DNA from: a virus
Length of the DNA stretch: 64,000 nt
Direction: 5' to 3' (one strand)
Virus record (IMG/VR): IMGVR_UViG_3300048574_000462
Coordinates: 32,662 to 96,661 of that record
Position numbers and translations under genes: made by a program. Below the pieces are notes generated by a model. The model worked only from the letters and a program-made list of their open reading frames with translations. It did no database searches and was not told the DNA's origin. This document shows, in pieces, positions 19,758-30,490 of the stretch (position 1 is its first letter; every line of letters starts with the position of its first letter).

Positions 19758-20303
19758 ATGGCTAAGCAGAGCAATACCAAGGTGATCACCGGTCTCGTCC
19801 GTCTTTCTTACGCCAACGTGTGGGAGCCCAAATCCATCAATGGCGGGGACCCCAAGTACAGCTGTTCCATCATCATCCCCAAGACCGACGCGGAAACGGT
19901 CAATGCGATCAACGACGCCATCGACTGCGCCATCAAGGAAGGCGTTGGCAAGTTTGGTGGGAAGATCCCCCCTAAGGGCGCTCTCAAACTGCCGCTTCGC
20001 GATGGCGACACCGAGCGCGATGATGATAGCTACAAAGGGTGTTTCTTCATCAACGCCAACAGCAAGACAGCACCGCAGATCGTGGACAAGCATGTGCGCC
20101 CCATCATCGACCGCAGCGAAGTCTACTCCGGCGTGTACGCTCACGTCTCGCTCAGCTTCTATGCGTTCAATACCAATGGGAATCGCGGCGTTGCCTGCGG
20201 GCTGGGAAATATTCAAAAGGCGCGCGACGGCGAGCCGCTCGGCGGGCGTACCAGCGCTTCTTCCGAGTTTGACACGCTGGACGAAAACGATTTCCTGGCC
20301 TAA
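19758..20303 (+). CDS. DUF2815 single-stranded DNA-binding protein
   Basis: RLSYANVWEPK, PLRDGD.ER, GLGNIQK..DGEPLGG and an acidic tail. Confidence 0.9.
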   Translation: MAKQSNTKVITGLVRLSYANVWEPKSINGGDPKYSCSIIIPKTDAETVNAINDAIDCAIKEGVGKFGGKIPPKGALKLPLRDGDTERDDDSYKGCFFINANSKTAPQIVDKHVRPIIDRSEVYSGVYAHVSLSFYAFNTNGNRGVACGLGNIQKARDGEPLGGRTSASSEFDTLDENDFLA

Positions 20304-20357
20304 ACGACTGACCGGAGCGGGCGGCGGAGCGATCTGCCGCCCTGTTTCCTTTGAGGT

Positions 20358-22304
20358 GTGAATATGAAAGACCTAGTTATGGATCTGGAAACGTTCAGCA
20401 GCGCGGATATTGGTAAGACAGGCGTCTATCGTTATGCCGAAGATCCGTTCTTTGAAGTATTGCTGTTAGGGTATAGCGTTGATGCCGGCCCGGTTCAGGT
20501 GGTTGATCTGGCCAATGGGGAGCAACTGCCGCTCGAGATTCGCAGTGCATTAACCGATCCCTCCGTAACCAAGTGGGCGTTTAATGCCAATTTTGAACGT
20601 GTGTGCCTGTCTCGCTATCTTGGCTTGCCTTCGGGGGAATACCTCAACCCGGAAGAGTGGCGTTGCTCAATGGTGTGGTCAGCTTATCTGGGCTTGCCGC
20701 TTTCACTGGCGGGCGTGGGCGCGGTGCTGAAGCTGGAAAAACAAAAGCTGGAAACGGGTAAAGACCTCATCAAGTATTTTTGCCAGCCCTGCGCGCCGAC
20801 AAAAACGAATGGTGGACGCACGCGCAATCGTGCAGCCGACGCATTGGATAAGTGGGCGCTGTTCAAGTCCTACAACCTCCGCGATGTGGAAACCGAAATG
20901 GCGATCCAGGAGAAGTTGGCCCGTTTCCCCGTACCGGATTTCGTCTGGGACGAATACCATCTGGACCAGGAAATCAACGACCGGGGCATCAGGCTGGACA
21001 TGCAGATGGTCAATAACGCCATTCGTATGGATGAGCTATCCCACGAGGAACTCACCCTAAAAATGCAGGAACTGACGGCGCTGGACAACCCCAATTCCGT
21101 CGCGCAGATGAAGGTCTGGCTGGCAGATAACGGATTGGAAATGGAATCTCTCAGCAAAAAGGAACTGGCGGCAGCGCTCAAGAATGCACCTGATGGTCTT
21201 GTGGATGTGCTGCTCCTACGACAGCAACTGGCGAAGGCGTCCGTGAGAAAATATCAGGCGATGCGCAATAGCGTCTGTGACGATGGCCGGGCGCACGGCA
21301 TGTTCATGTTTTATGGTGCGAATCGAACAGGTCGATTCTCCGGCAGGCTGATCCAATTGCAGAATTTGCCCCAGAATCACATGAGCGATCTGGAGCAGGC
21401 GCGGGCGCTTGTGAGAAGTGGCGATTACGGCTCCCTGCATTTGCTCTTTGATTCCGTTCCGGATGTGCTTTCCGAGCTCATTCGCACGGCGTTCGTGCCC
21501 TATGAAGGTGGTAAGCTTATCGTCTCCGACTTCTCCGCCATCGAAGCCCGCGTCATTGCCTGGCTGGCCGGAGAACAATGGCGGCTGGATGTTTTCAAAA
21601 ATGGCGGCGACATCTATTGCGCCAGCGCATCTCAGATGTTCAGGGTGCCCGTGGAGAAACACGGGCTCAACGGTCATCTCCGTCAAAAGGGGAAGATCGC
21701 GGAACTGGCACTTGGATATTCCGGTTCGGTCGGTGCCCTAAAAGCCATGGGTGCGCTGGACATGGGACTCAAAGAGGAGGAACTCAAGCCGCTTGTCGAC
21801 GCTTGGCGGGCTGCCAATCCTAACATCGTGAAGCTCTGGTGGGACGTTGACGCAGCTGTCAAGGAGACAGTATCCGAAAGAGTCTCCACAGAAACACACG
21901 GTATCCGTTTCGTGTATGAAAGCGGATTCCTGTTCATCTGCCTACCATCGGGCAGACGGCTTGCTTACGTGAAGCCCCGGATCGGCGAGAACAGATTTGG
22001 GGGCGAATCGGTCACGTATGAAGGCATCGGTGGCACGAAAAAGTGGGAAAGGCTTGAGAGCTTCGGCGGAAAGTTTGTCGAGAACATTGTGCAAGGCCTC
22101 AGCCGCGACATCCTATGTTACGCCATGAAGACGCTCCGGTGCTGCAACATTGTGGCTCATGTGCATGACGAAATCATCATCGAAGCCGATCCAAGGATGT
22201 CGCTACAAGCTGTTTGTGAACAGATGGGACGCACGCCTACTTGGGCGAAAGGCTTGATTCTTCGCGCGGACGGATTCGAAACCCTATTTTACAAAAAAGA
22301 CTAG
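20358..22304 (+). CDS. Phage family A DNA polymerase
   Basis: DLETFS exonuclease motif, RTGRFSG..QLQNLP, DFSAIEARV, RQKGK..ELA and HVHDE. Confidence 0.93.
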   Translation: MNMKDLVMDLETFSSADIGKTGVYRYAEDPFFEVLLLGYSVDAGPVQVVDLANGEQLPLEIRSALTDPSVTKWAFNANFERVCLSRYLGLPSGEYLNPEEWRCSMVWSAYLGLPLSLAGVGAVLKLEKQKLETGKDLIKYFCQPCAPTKTNGGRTRNRAADALDKWALFKSYNLRDVETEMAIQEKLARFPVPDFVWDEYHLDQEINDRGIRLDMQMVNNAIRMDELSHEELTLKMQELTALDNPNSVAQMKVWLADNGLEMESLSKKELAAALKNAPDGLVDVLLLRQQLAKASVRKYQAMRNSVCDDGRAHGMFMFYGANRTGRFSGRLIQLQNLPQNHMSDLEQARALVRSGDYGSLHLLFDSVPDVLSELIRTAFVPYEGGKLIVSDFSAIEARVIAWLAGEQWRLDVFKNGGDIYCASASQMFRVPVEKHGLNGHLRQKGKIAELALGYSGSVGALKAMGALDMGLKEEELKPLVDAWRAANPNIVKLWWDVDAAVKETVSERVSTETHGIRFVYESGFLFICLPSGRRLAYVKPRIGENRFGGESVTYEGIGGTKKWERLESFGGKFVENIVQGLSRDILCYAMKTLRCCNIVAHVHDEIIIEADPRMSLQAVCEQMGRTPTWAKGLILRADGFETLFYKKD

Positions 22305-22310
22305 CCCGGC

Positions 22311-22353
22311 TGTCCACAAATCAACGTCTCCTGTCAGCAGGTAGGTAGAGGGC
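22311..22353 (+). promoter_or_regulatory. Phage promoter motif copy 2
   Basis: TGTCCACA-N13-TGTCAGCAGGTAGGTAGAGGG. Confidence 0.7.
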
Positions 22354-22385
22354 GACGCCCTACTAATTGCGGCAGGAGGCTTTTT

Positions 22386-22613
22386 ATGTTTTACGTCAAG
22401 GCACAACTCAGCGAGGAGGCTCAGGTGACAACGGAGATCACAGACGAAAACGTGTTCACCCATTGCCTGGAATGCGGCGTTGAATTGCCGGTCGATCTCG
22501 CGGAACTCGCATCCGATGAACACTTCGATCTGTATAGCACCGGCATTTGCTGTTCGAGATGCAGTTACAAACACTGGAAGGGTGCGACGCGACATGGCAA
22601 TCAGCAAGTATAA
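22386..22613 (+). CDS. Small zinc-finger phage protein
   Basis: ENVFT.C..CG.E..VDL...C..C; GGAGG RBS. Confidence 0.7.
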   Translation: MFYVKAQLSEEAQVTTEITDENVFTHCLECGVELPVDLAELASDEHFDLYSTGICCSRCSYKHWKGATRHGNQQV

Positions 22614-23016
22614 CGCCGAGGGCTACCCCGACCCGACGGTCTTTGCAGCCTTCACCAACATCGAAGCTGAGCTGCGAAAAGCCCGGTTCCGGCCGATCGT
22701 CTATGTGTGCTCCCCCTACTCTGGAGACACCGATGCCAACATCCTGAACGCCCGGCGCTACTGCCGCTTCGCGGTTGACAGCGGCTGCATCCCCATCGCG
22801 CCGCACCTGCTGTTCCCCCAGTTCATGCAAGATGATGACGAGGCCGAGCGCGATCTGGCGCTGTTCATGGACATCGTGCTACTGACCAAATGCGCAGAGC
22901 TCTGGGTGTTCGGCGACGCGATTACGAGGGGCATGGGGATCGAGATCGCGCGCGCTATGCGCAAGGGCCAGCGGATCCGCTACTTTTCCAAAGAATGTGA
23001 GGAGGTCCACCAATGA
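22594..23016 (+). CDS. DUF4406-like (nucleoside deoxyribosyltransferase fold) protein
   Basis: N.EGYPDPT, VYVCSPYSGD, PIAPHL.FPQF and C.ELWVFG...GM..EI motifs. Confidence 0.8.
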   Translation: MAISKYNAEGYPDPTVFAAFTNIEAELRKARFRPIVYVCSPYSGDTDANILNARRYCRFAVDSGCIPIAPHLLFPQFMQDDDEAERDLALFMDIVLLTKCAELWVFGDAITRGMGIEIARAMRKGQRIRYFSKECEEVHQ

Positions 23017-23660
23017 ATGATCTGATCCGGATCAACTATGAAAGCGAAAACCCGACCGTCAGCGGGCGCGAGATGCACACAGCGCTCGAGATCACAACCC
23101 CCTATCACATCTGGTTCCCGCGTATGTGTGAGTACGGTTTTAAGCCGGGAAAGGACTACGGATTGGTCGAACAAATTTGTCCGACCAATAATCCGAAGAA
23201 TCCGACGACGATTCGAGCTGACCACAAGCTCACGATCCCCATGGCCAAGGAGCTCTGCATGCTCCAACGTAGCGAGATGGGCAAAGAGTTCCGGCAGTAC
23301 TTCATCTCCATCGAGGAAGCGTGGAACACCCCGGACAAGATCATGGAGCGCGCGCTCCAGATTGCCCATCGGCGTGCTCTGGAAGCCGAGCGCCAGATTT
23401 TCGCACTGGCCGAGGAGAATGAAACCCTTGAGATCGCGCTAAACACGTCGCTCAAGTTCTTCCCTGTTGCGAAGTACAACCGGACCTTCAAGATGGGTTG
23501 GAACTCTGAGCAGTGCAAGGCCATCGGCAAGCGTCTGACGGCCTTCTGCCGCACCCGCGCGATCGAAGTGCGGTCGTGCGAAACCAACGACGAGCGCTTC
23601 GGCACGGTGAACAGCTACCCGATCACCGCCTGGGAGGCGTTCCTAGAGGAGGCAATGTAG
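23013..23660 (+). CDS. AntA/AntB antirepressor-family protein
   Basis: VSGRE.H..LE....Y..WF.RM.EYGF, MAKELCMLQR...GK..RQYFI..E.AWN.P. Confidence 0.85.
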   Translation: MNDLIRINYESENPTVSGREMHTALEITTPYHIWFPRMCEYGFKPGKDYGLVEQICPTNNPKNPTTIRADHKLTIPMAKELCMLQRSEMGKEFRQYFISIEEAWNTPDKIMERALQIAHRRALEAERQIFALAEENETLEIALNTSLKFFPVAKYNRTFKMGWNSEQCKAIGKRLTAFCRTRAIEVRSCETNDERFGTVNSYPITAWEAFLEEAM

Positions 23661-26015
23661 ATGAGCATCAAAATTGCTGTCTGCAACCGGAAGACCGACC
23701 GCAAGTTCAAGAACCAGGAGCAGACCTGGGATTACCTCGTAAGCCGCAACCGCACGCCCATCCGCACTTCTGAAACGATCCAAGAGTACCCGAAGCTGCC
23801 CAAGGAGCAGCGCGACGATCTGAAGGACGTTGGCGGGTTCGTAGGCGGGTGGTTGAAGGATGGTGTCCGCAAAAACGGCAACGTGATCTGCCGATCGGTC
23901 GGCGCGCTAGACGCGGACAGCATCCAGGGCGATTTCGTTTCCTTGGTACGGCGGGCGCTGGAAGGAATAACGTACTTCATCTATTCCACCCACAGCCATA
24001 CCGAGGAAGCGCCGCGCTGCCGCCTAATCATACTGTTCGCGCGCGAGGTCAGCGAAGACGAGTACCCCGCGCTCACTCGAATGATCGCCAAGCAGATCGG
24101 TATGGAGCACTTCGACGATTCTACCTACCAAGCGAACCGCATGATGTACTGGTCTTCCTGTCCCTCCAACGGCGTGTTCATTTTCGACGAGGGCATCGGC
24201 GCGCCTCTCGATCCCGACAAGTACCTCGCAATGTACCACGACTGGAGGGACGTCACCCAGTGGCCGACGTCCAGCCGCGAGTCAGAGGTGATGCTGCGTA
24301 GTGCCGCCCAGCAAAAGGATCCGCTGGCAAAGGAGGATCTCGTCGGAACGTTCTGCCGAGCGTATGATCCCATCGAGACCGCAATCGATGAGCACCTGGC
24401 GGATGTGTACGCACCGTCGGCTTGTGAAGGACGGTACGACTACACCTCAGCAGAAAGCAGCGCGGGCGTCGTAATCTACGATGAGAAGTTCGCCTACTCC
24501 TTCCACGCTTCCGACCCAGCCTGCGGCAAGCTGCTAAACGCGTTTGATCTAATTCGCGTCCACCGCTTCGGTGATCTGGAAGAGAAGGCCAGCTACAAGG
24601 CGATGTGCGAGTTCGCGCTGACGCTGGACAAGGTGAAGCTCCAGCTTGCAGAGGAGCGCCAGGCGGCGGCGATGGCGGAGTTCGGTGCGAAGGACTGGAA
24701 GACGCTCCTCAAGTATATGCCACGAAGCAGACTGCTGGAAAACAGTGTCTGGAATCTGATGCTGATCCTAAACAATGACCCCGATCTTGCCGGCTTCGGC
24801 TACAACGAGCTCGCCAACCGGGTACAGATCACGGGTACCGTGCCGTGGGACAGGCCCACTGACAACAAGTACTGGCGCGACGCGGACACTGCACAGATGA
24901 AAGCCCTCATTGACGTCCGCTATTTACCCTTCTCCAGCCGGAACCACGACGTGTGCTTCACCAAGGCCGCCGACGACAGGCGCTTTCACCCGATCCGCGA
25001 CTACCTCGACGCCCTACCGCCCTGGGACGGCATAGCGCGCATCGAGACGCTGTTCGTGCGCTGCCTGCAGGCCGATGACACCCCCTACGTCCGCGCCGTC
25101 AGTAGGAAGACGCTCGCCGCGGCGGTCGCCCGCATCTACCGCCCGGGCACCAAGTTCGACAGCGTCCTGGTGTTCGACGGGGCCCAAGGCATCGGTAAGA
25201 GCACTTTGTTCAAAGACCTCGTGGGCGAGGAGTTTTACTCGGAAACGCTGTCCCTCACCGATATGGACGACAAGTCCGGCGCGGAGAAGTTGCAGGGGTT
25301 CTGGGTCGTGGAGATCGGTGAGCTGGCCGGGATGAAGAAAGCTGACATCGAAAAGGTGAAGGCGTTCCTCTCCACATCGGACGACAAGTACCGCCCCAGC
25401 TATGGCAAGGTCGTGGAAAGCCATCCCCGCCAGTGCATCATCATCGCGACGGTGAACGGCGAGCGCGGCTACCTGCGCGACATCACGGGCAACCGCCGGT
25501 TCTGGATCGTGAAGGCGCGTCAGGAGGAGCAGCAGAAGAAATGGCACTTCGCGCCCGGGGAGCGCGATCAGATCTGGGCGGAGGCGAAAGCGCTCTACGA
25601 GAGCGGCGAGAAGCTGTATCTGGAGGGCGATATGATCCCCGCCGCGGAAGAGGCGCAGCGTGAGGCGATGGAGGTCGACGAGCGCCAGGGCATGGTGGAG
25701 GAGTACCTTGAGACCCTGCTGCCGGAGGGCTGGGACGACATGGACGTCTATAGCCGCCGGAACTTCATCACAGAGCGGGACAGCCCGATATCCGCCAAGG
25801 GGACAATCCGCCGCGACGCCGTCAGCAACGCCGAAATCTGGTGCGAGTGCTTTGGACGACAGCTTGCGGAGCTCAAGCCCGCCGACAGCTACGCGATTGC
25901 CGCCCTGATGACGCAAGTCAACGGCTGGGAGCGTTCCAAAGAGCGAAAGCGCTTGCCCTTCTACGGAAAGCAGCGCATCTACAGACGGACTCGTTCCAAC
26001 CAAAAACCCTTGTAA
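23661..26015 (+). CDS. Primase-helicase (VapE family)
   Basis: KDVGGFVGG, YSTHSH, Walker A GAQGIGKST and LRDITGNRRFW motifs. Confidence 0.92.
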   Translation: MSIKIAVCNRKTDRKFKNQEQTWDYLVSRNRTPIRTSETIQEYPKLPKEQRDDLKDVGGFVGGWLKDGVRKNGNVICRSVGALDADSIQGDFVSLVRRALEGITYFIYSTHSHTEEAPRCRLIILFAREVSEDEYPALTRMIAKQIGMEHFDDSTYQANRMMYWSSCPSNGVFIFDEGIGAPLDPDKYLAMYHDWRDVTQWPTSSRESEVMLRSAAQQKDPLAKEDLVGTFCRAYDPIETAIDEHLADVYAPSACEGRYDYTSAESSAGVVIYDEKFAYSFHASDPACGKLLNAFDLIRVHRFGDLEEKASYKAMCEFALTLDKVKLQLAEERQAAAMAEFGAKDWKTLLKYMPRSRLLENSVWNLMLILNNDPDLAGFGYNELANRVQITGTVPWDRPTDNKYWRDADTAQMKALIDVRYLPFSSRNHDVCFTKAADDRRFHPIRDYLDALPPWDGIARIETLFVRCLQADDTPYVRAVSRKTLAAAVARIYRPGTKFDSVLVFDGAQGIGKSTLFKDLVGEEFYSETLSLTDMDDKSGAEKLQGFWVVEIGELAGMKKADIEKVKAFLSTSDDKYRPSYGKVVESHPRQCIIIATVNGERGYLRDITGNRRFWIVKARQEEQQKKWHFAPGERDQIWAEAKALYESGEKLYLEGDMIPAAEEAQREAMEVDERQGMVEEYLETLLPEGWDDMDVYSRRNFITERDSPISAKGTIRRDAVSNAEIWCECFGRQLAELKPADSYAIAALMTQVNGWERSKERKRLPFYGKQRIYRRTRSNQKPL

Positions 26016-26028
26016 CACAAGGAGAGGC

Positions 26029-26151
26029 ACAAGTGGAACAATTCTACTCCTTATATTCAAAATGGTTTAGGGGAAACAAGAAAACACAATTACGAGCACA
26101 AACGCGCGCGTAAGGAATATAAGGGCGGAATTGTTCCACCGTTCCACTTGT
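26029..26151. repeat. Inverted repeats after the primase; candidate replication origin
   Basis: ACAAGTGGAACAATTC...CCTTATATTC versus GAATATAAGG...GAATTGTTCCAC-C-GTTCCACTTGT, around an A-rich spacer. Confidence 0.6.
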
Positions 26152-26171
26152 TCACGAGTCGGGAGGTAAAA

Positions 26172-26687
26172 ATGGAGAGATCAATTTCCGAAGCCTATAT
26201 CAGAAGGTGTCACAAGCGGCTCATTGAGCTAGGCGCGCCTTTAGAGGATTGGTTCTGCGAAAATGTCTATGACGAGGAAGATGCGTCATTCACCTGCGAA
26301 CTGTGCGACTGCGATAAGGTTCGGTATGTGCATGTCATGCGCAATCTTAATTACCTGGGCACCATCTCCGTCGGCTGCATCTGCGCGGGCGTCATGGAAG
26401 GCGACATTCTGGCGGCCCAGGAGCGTGAGCGTGAAGCGCGAAACCGCGCCCAGCGCAGAAAGAACTTTGTCAGCAAGGGCTGGACAGCTTTGGCAAACGG
26501 GGTGCAGGTTCGGTCCTATCACGGGACGGTCTGCAAGATCATGGTGAGCAAATATAACAAGCAGCAGTATGGTGTGCTGTATCAGGGCCGGTGGTGCTGG
26601 AACTATCACCAAAATCCGATAAACAGCTTCGCCCAAGCGGCTACCGCAGCCTTCTACGCTTACGAAAAGGAGCACGCCAATGCGTGA
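26172..26687 (+). CDS. Hypothetical Cys/His-rich protein
   Basis: CELC...RYVH...VGCIC; GGAGG RBS. Confidence 0.65.
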   Translation: MERSISEAYIRRCHKRLIELGAPLEDWFCENVYDEEDASFTCELCDCDKVRYVHVMRNLNYLGTISVGCICAGVMEGDILAAQEREREARNRAQRRKNFVSKGWTALANGVQVRSYHGTVCKIMVSKYNKQQYGVLYQGRWCWNYHQNPINSFAQAATAAFYAYEKEHANA

Positions 26688-26961
26688 GAAACTCATCGAG
26701 CAAAACCTGGTACTGGCCGTCCGCCGGATGGGCGGCATCGCGCCCAAGTTTGTCTCCCCCGGATGGGCAGGCGCGCCCGACCGCCTCGTCCTTCTTCCGG
26801 GTGGACACCTGGCGTTCGTGGAAGTGAAAGCACCTGGGAAGAGCCTTCGCCAGCTGCAGGTAAGGCGGAAAGGCCAGCTGGAGGCGCTAGGGTTTCGGGT
26901 CTACGTGATCGACCGACCGGAGCAGATCGGAGGTGTCCTGGATGAAATTTGTTCCCCATGA
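26680..26961 (+). CDS. VRR-NUC nuclease
   Basis: PDRLVL...FVEVKAPG....LQ motif. Confidence 0.9.
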   Translation: MREKLIEQNLVLAVRRMGGIAPKFVSPGWAGAPDRLVLLPGGHLAFVEVKAPGKSLRQLQVRRKGQLEALGFRVYVIDRPEQIGGVLDEICSP

Positions 26962-28297
26962 GTACCAGGCCTACACGACCGACTTCATCCTGACGCACCC
27001 TATCTCGGCGATCCTCTTGTCCATGGGCCTTGGCAAGAGCGTAATCACGCTGACGGCGATTCATGAACTGTGCCTGAACAGCTTTGAGGTGCGCAAGACG
27101 CTGATCATTGCGCCCCTAAGGGTGGCCACGTCCACCTGGCCCGCTGAGATTCAGAAGTGGGACCACCTGCAGGGACTGACCTTCTCGGTCGCGGTGGGCA
27201 CAGAAGCCGAACGCAAAGCGGCGCTCCGGCAGCGGGCCAGCGTGTACATCATCAACCGGGAGAACGTCCAGTGGCTGATCGAGAGCAGTGGCCTACCGTT
27301 CGACTACGACATGGTCGTGATCGACGAGCTTTCTTCCTTCAAGTCCTATCAAGCCAAGCGATTCCGGAGCCTCATGAAAGCGCGCCCCCATGTCAGGCGG
27401 ATCGTAGGCCTGACGGGCACGCCCTCCAGTAACGGCCTCATGGACCTGTGGGCGGAGTTCCGGCTGCTGGACATGGGCAAACGTCTGGGCCGATTCATCA
27501 CCCACTACCGGGACGAGTTCTTCACCCCCGACAAGCGCAACCAGCAGACGGTGTTCAGCTACAAGCCCAGGCCCGGTGCGGAGGATGAGATCTACCGTCG
27601 GATCGCCGACATCACCATCAGCATGAGAAGCACCGACTACCTGAAGATGCCGGAGTGCGTGATGAACGAGGTGCCGGTGACGCTCTCCGGTCCGGAGCAT
27701 GAGGTATACACGCAGATGAAAAATGACCTCGTGGTTTCGCTGAACGGCGAGGAGATCGACGCCGTGAACGCGGCCGCTCTCTCCGGCAAGCTCTGCCAGA
27801 TGGCGAACGGCGCGGTGTACGGCGACGAAAAACGTGTCGTCCACATCCACGACCGGAAGCTGGACGCGCTGGAGGACCTGATCGAGGGTGCGAACGGCAA
27901 GCCCGTACTGGTGGCCTACTGGTTCAAACACGATCTGGCCCGGATCCAGGAACGGTTCCATGTGCGGGAGATCCGAACGAGCAAGGACATTGCAGACTGG
28001 AATGCCGGCACAATGCCAGTCGGCCTGATACACCCCGCATCTGCCGGACACGGTTTGAATTTGCAGGCGGGCGGCTCCGCGCTGGTGTGGTTCGGGCTGA
28101 CCTGGAGCCTGGAGCTGTACCAGCAGACCAACGCCCGGCTCTGGCGGCAAGGCCAGCAGGCTGAAACCGTGGTCATCCACCACATCATCACGAGGGGCAC
28201 CATCGACGAGCAGATCATGGCTGCCCTGAAACAAAAGGACAAGACCCAGGCCGCGCTGATTGATGCGGTGAAGGTGAATCTGGAGGGGAACGAATGA
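26942..28297 (+). CDS. SNF2-type helicase
   Basis: MGLGKS, DELS, TGTP, GHGLNLQ and Q.NARLWRQGQ motifs. Confidence 0.92.
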   Translation: MKFVPHEYQAYTTDFILTHPISAILLSMGLGKSVITLTAIHELCLNSFEVRKTLIIAPLRVATSTWPAEIQKWDHLQGLTFSVAVGTEAERKAALRQRASVYIINRENVQWLIESSGLPFDYDMVVIDELSSFKSYQAKRFRSLMKARPHVRRIVGLTGTPSSNGLMDLWAEFRLLDMGKRLGRFITHYRDEFFTPDKRNQQTVFSYKPRPGAEDEIYRRIADITISMRSTDYLKMPECVMNEVPVTLSGPEHEVYTQMKNDLVVSLNGEEIDAVNAAALSGKLCQMANGAVYGDEKRVVHIHDRKLDALEDLIEGANGKPVLVAYWFKHDLARIQERFHVREIRTSKDIADWNAGTMPVGLIHPASAGHGLNLQAGGSALVWFGLTWSLELYQQTNARLWRQGQQAETVVIHHIITRGTIDEQIMAALKQKDKTQAALIDAVKVNLEGNE

Positions 28298-28518
28298 GTG
28301 AGGACGGATATCGGAATCTCGCGGATGCGATCATCATACAAGCCGTGCATGACTATCGGCGCTCGATTCAACAGCTCATCCGAAAGCCCTATAGCGCAAA
28401 GGCCCATCAAGACAAACAGGATGTCGAGGCTTTCTTCCTAGGCGACTGGTTTCAGGTGCTGAGTGACATAGACGGACAGGAACTCCTACAAAGATTGGAA
28501 GCGGGTGTAAGGAAATGA
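28294..28518 (+). CDS. Conserved hypothetical phage protein
   Basis: Y.NLA.AII.QAV.DYR...E.FF..DWF..L..IDG. Confidence 0.75.
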   Translation: MSEDGYRNLADAIIIQAVHDYRRSIQQLIRKPYSAKAHQDKQDVEAFFLGDWFQVLSDIDGQELLQRLEAGVRK

Positions 28519-28961
28519 CCACGAAAGAATACTTCAGCCAGACGCTGACGCTGAACAAGCGCATCAACAGCAAGCTAGACCATCTGGCTGTTATTCGGGG
28601 ACTTGTGTCCAAGGCAACTTCTACGATAAGCGATATGCCACCCTGTGAATCCCGGGACGTTCACCAGATGGAAGAGGCCATCTGCAGAATGGTTGATCTG
28701 CAGAAAGAAGTTGACGCCGACATTAACCGGCTTGTCAACCTTAAGCTGGAGCAGATGGGCATCATCAGCGAGATTGAGAAACCACTGCACCAGTTGATTC
28801 TGGAACAGCGCTACCTATGCTGCCACTCCTGGGCCCGCATCAGCGAAGAGCTTGAGTACGACCAGCGATACCTACTCCGCCTGAACAACGAGGCGCTGGC
28901 GGCGGCAGAAGAGCTGATGAAAAAAAGAAATTTCGGAAATGCTCCAAATGGCACTAAATAA
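28515..28961 (+). CDS. Late transcriptional activator (DUF1492/RinA-like)
   Basis: M..KEY.SQ...ILE.RYL...W..I...L.Y HTH, at the end of the replication module. Confidence 0.75.
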   Translation: MTTKEYFSQTLTLNKRINSKLDHLAVIRGLVSKATSTISDMPPCESRDVHQMEEAICRMVDLQKEVDADINRLVNLKLEQMGIISEIEKPLHQLILEQRYLCCHSWARISEELEYDQRYLLRLNNEALAAAEELMKKRNFGNAPNGTK

Positions 28962-29111
28962 CACTTACGCCACCTTGAATCGCGGAGTATATTATACTTG
29001 TCAGAACCATCGGAGCGGGAGAAATCCCGCTCCTTTCGTATCTATGATTTGCTTGACTTCCATCGCTTTTCGAGCGTATATGTCACTACCCAAAGCGAAG
29101 GAGGCATTTTC

Positions 29112-29975
29112 ATGAGAGTTGAAACTGGATTTACCACGCAGCGCAAGCTGCTCGCCCAGGCCATCGGCGAATGGCTGCACTTGGAACCGCACTACGACGG
29201 TGTCCCGCGCTGCACCTACAGCATCGGCCCCGTCAGGGTGGACAAGGACGCGGCAATCGTCACTGAAGATTTGGAAGCCTGGACCACGCTTAAGCCCTTC
29301 TTCCAGAACCACGGCTGGGCGGCGGAGGAACCAGCGCCCGAGCAACCCGCGCCTGATGCCGATTCAGAAGCTGCCGACGAATCCGCCGACATCGACGCCA
29401 TGGAGATCAGCGAACCCGCGCCTGGCCTGACGGTGGGGAGTCTTTTGAACTTGATCCACATGCTGTACAGCAAGCAGTACCTGTTCAACCGCATGACGGA
29501 ATCCGGAAGCCTTTTCATTTCCAAGAACCTGATCGACAGCCTGAAGGAGCACATGCCGGAAGACATGGCCGCCTTTCAACAGCGGCTGGCGGATTTCAAA
29601 GTCCGCGGCGAGCTGGACGGCTTCAGTTATGCAGACGGCAACGTCACGCTGCGCTACCCTTTCCACGCGGAACAGCCGATGCGCTGGACGACCTACGGCC
29701 TACTGACCGATAAGATCATCAAGACCGCGCTGGCGGCAACTCGTATCACCGCACAGGTACAGGAACCTGAGAACGAGAAGTACTTCGCGCGGTCATGGCT
29801 CCTGCGACTGGGCATGGGCGGAGCTGATTTCAAAGAAGAACGCCGCATCCTGCTGGGCGGGTTGAAAGGCCACGCAGCGTTTCCGAACGATGCCGCCGCG
29901 ACGAAGCACAAAGAGAAGTACGCCGTCCTGCGCCGGGAAGCGCATGCGGCTGACGGGAAGGAGGATGTCGAATGA
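29112..29975 (+). CDS. Conserved phage protein of the type often labelled virulence protein
   Basis: RK.L..AI......Y.G.P...Y.IG N-terminus and ENEKY..R.WLLRLG..G..FK..R..LL..L.G..AF C-terminus; own promoter near 29053. Confidence 0.75.
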   Translation: MRVETGFTTQRKLLAQAIGEWLHLEPHYDGVPRCTYSIGPVRVDKDAAIVTEDLEAWTTLKPFFQNHGWAAEEPAPEQPAPDADSEAADESADIDAMEISEPAPGLTVGSLLNLIHMLYSKQYLFNRMTESGSLFISKNLIDSLKEHMPEDMAAFQQRLADFKVRGELDGFSYADGNVTLRYPFHAEQPMRWTTYGLLTDKIIKTALAATRITAQVQEPENEKYFARSWLLRLGMGGADFKEERRILLGGLKGHAAFPNDAAATKHKEKYAVLRREAHAADGKEDVE

Positions 29976-30490
29976 AGGGCCTGAATGAACAGCTGCTCGA
30001 TTTCAAAGCCCGGCAACTAGCCGGGGAGCGCCTGTCCTGTCCCCGCTGCGGAAGCGGCGTGATGAACACCCATGTGACGCGCAATGCGCTCAGCCGCCAC
30101 GCGGACGTCTACGTCTGCGACGATTGCGGCACCGCAGAGGCGATGCTGGATCTGATGCAAAACCCGCTGCCACTACAGCAATGGGCGCTCTTTCATGACG
30201 GACGGCCGGTCTCCAATTTCAAAGCGCTGCCCGGCGCGCTGGTGTGGGAGCGCCTTCAAAAACAGCAGGTTCCCTACCTGATGGATCTGTATGAGCGGTG
30301 GCTCGGGGTACAAGGCAAAGAAGATTTCGAAGCGTATCGCGCCGAGGCGTACCAGCACTGCCCAGGTCTGACGCACCTGTGGCTCCAGCCCTTCCAGGCT
30401 GTCTACCGGGTCTGTGAAGGCCAACTTCTGGTGCGGTTCAGAAAGACGGATGCCGGTGTCGAGACCGCCCGCGACGTGATCCCACTCTGA
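29972..30490 (+). CDS. Hypothetical zinc-ribbon protein
   Basis: CPRCG...NALSR....VCD.CG..EA. Confidence 0.7.
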   Translation: MKGLNEQLLDFKARQLAGERLSCPRCGSGVMNTHVTRNALSRHADVYVCDDCGTAEAMLDLMQNPLPLQQWALFHDGRPVSNFKALPGALVWERLQKQQVPYLMDLYERWLGVQGKEDFEAYRAEAYQHCPGLTHLWLQPFQAVYRVCEGQLLVRFRKTDAGVETARDVIPL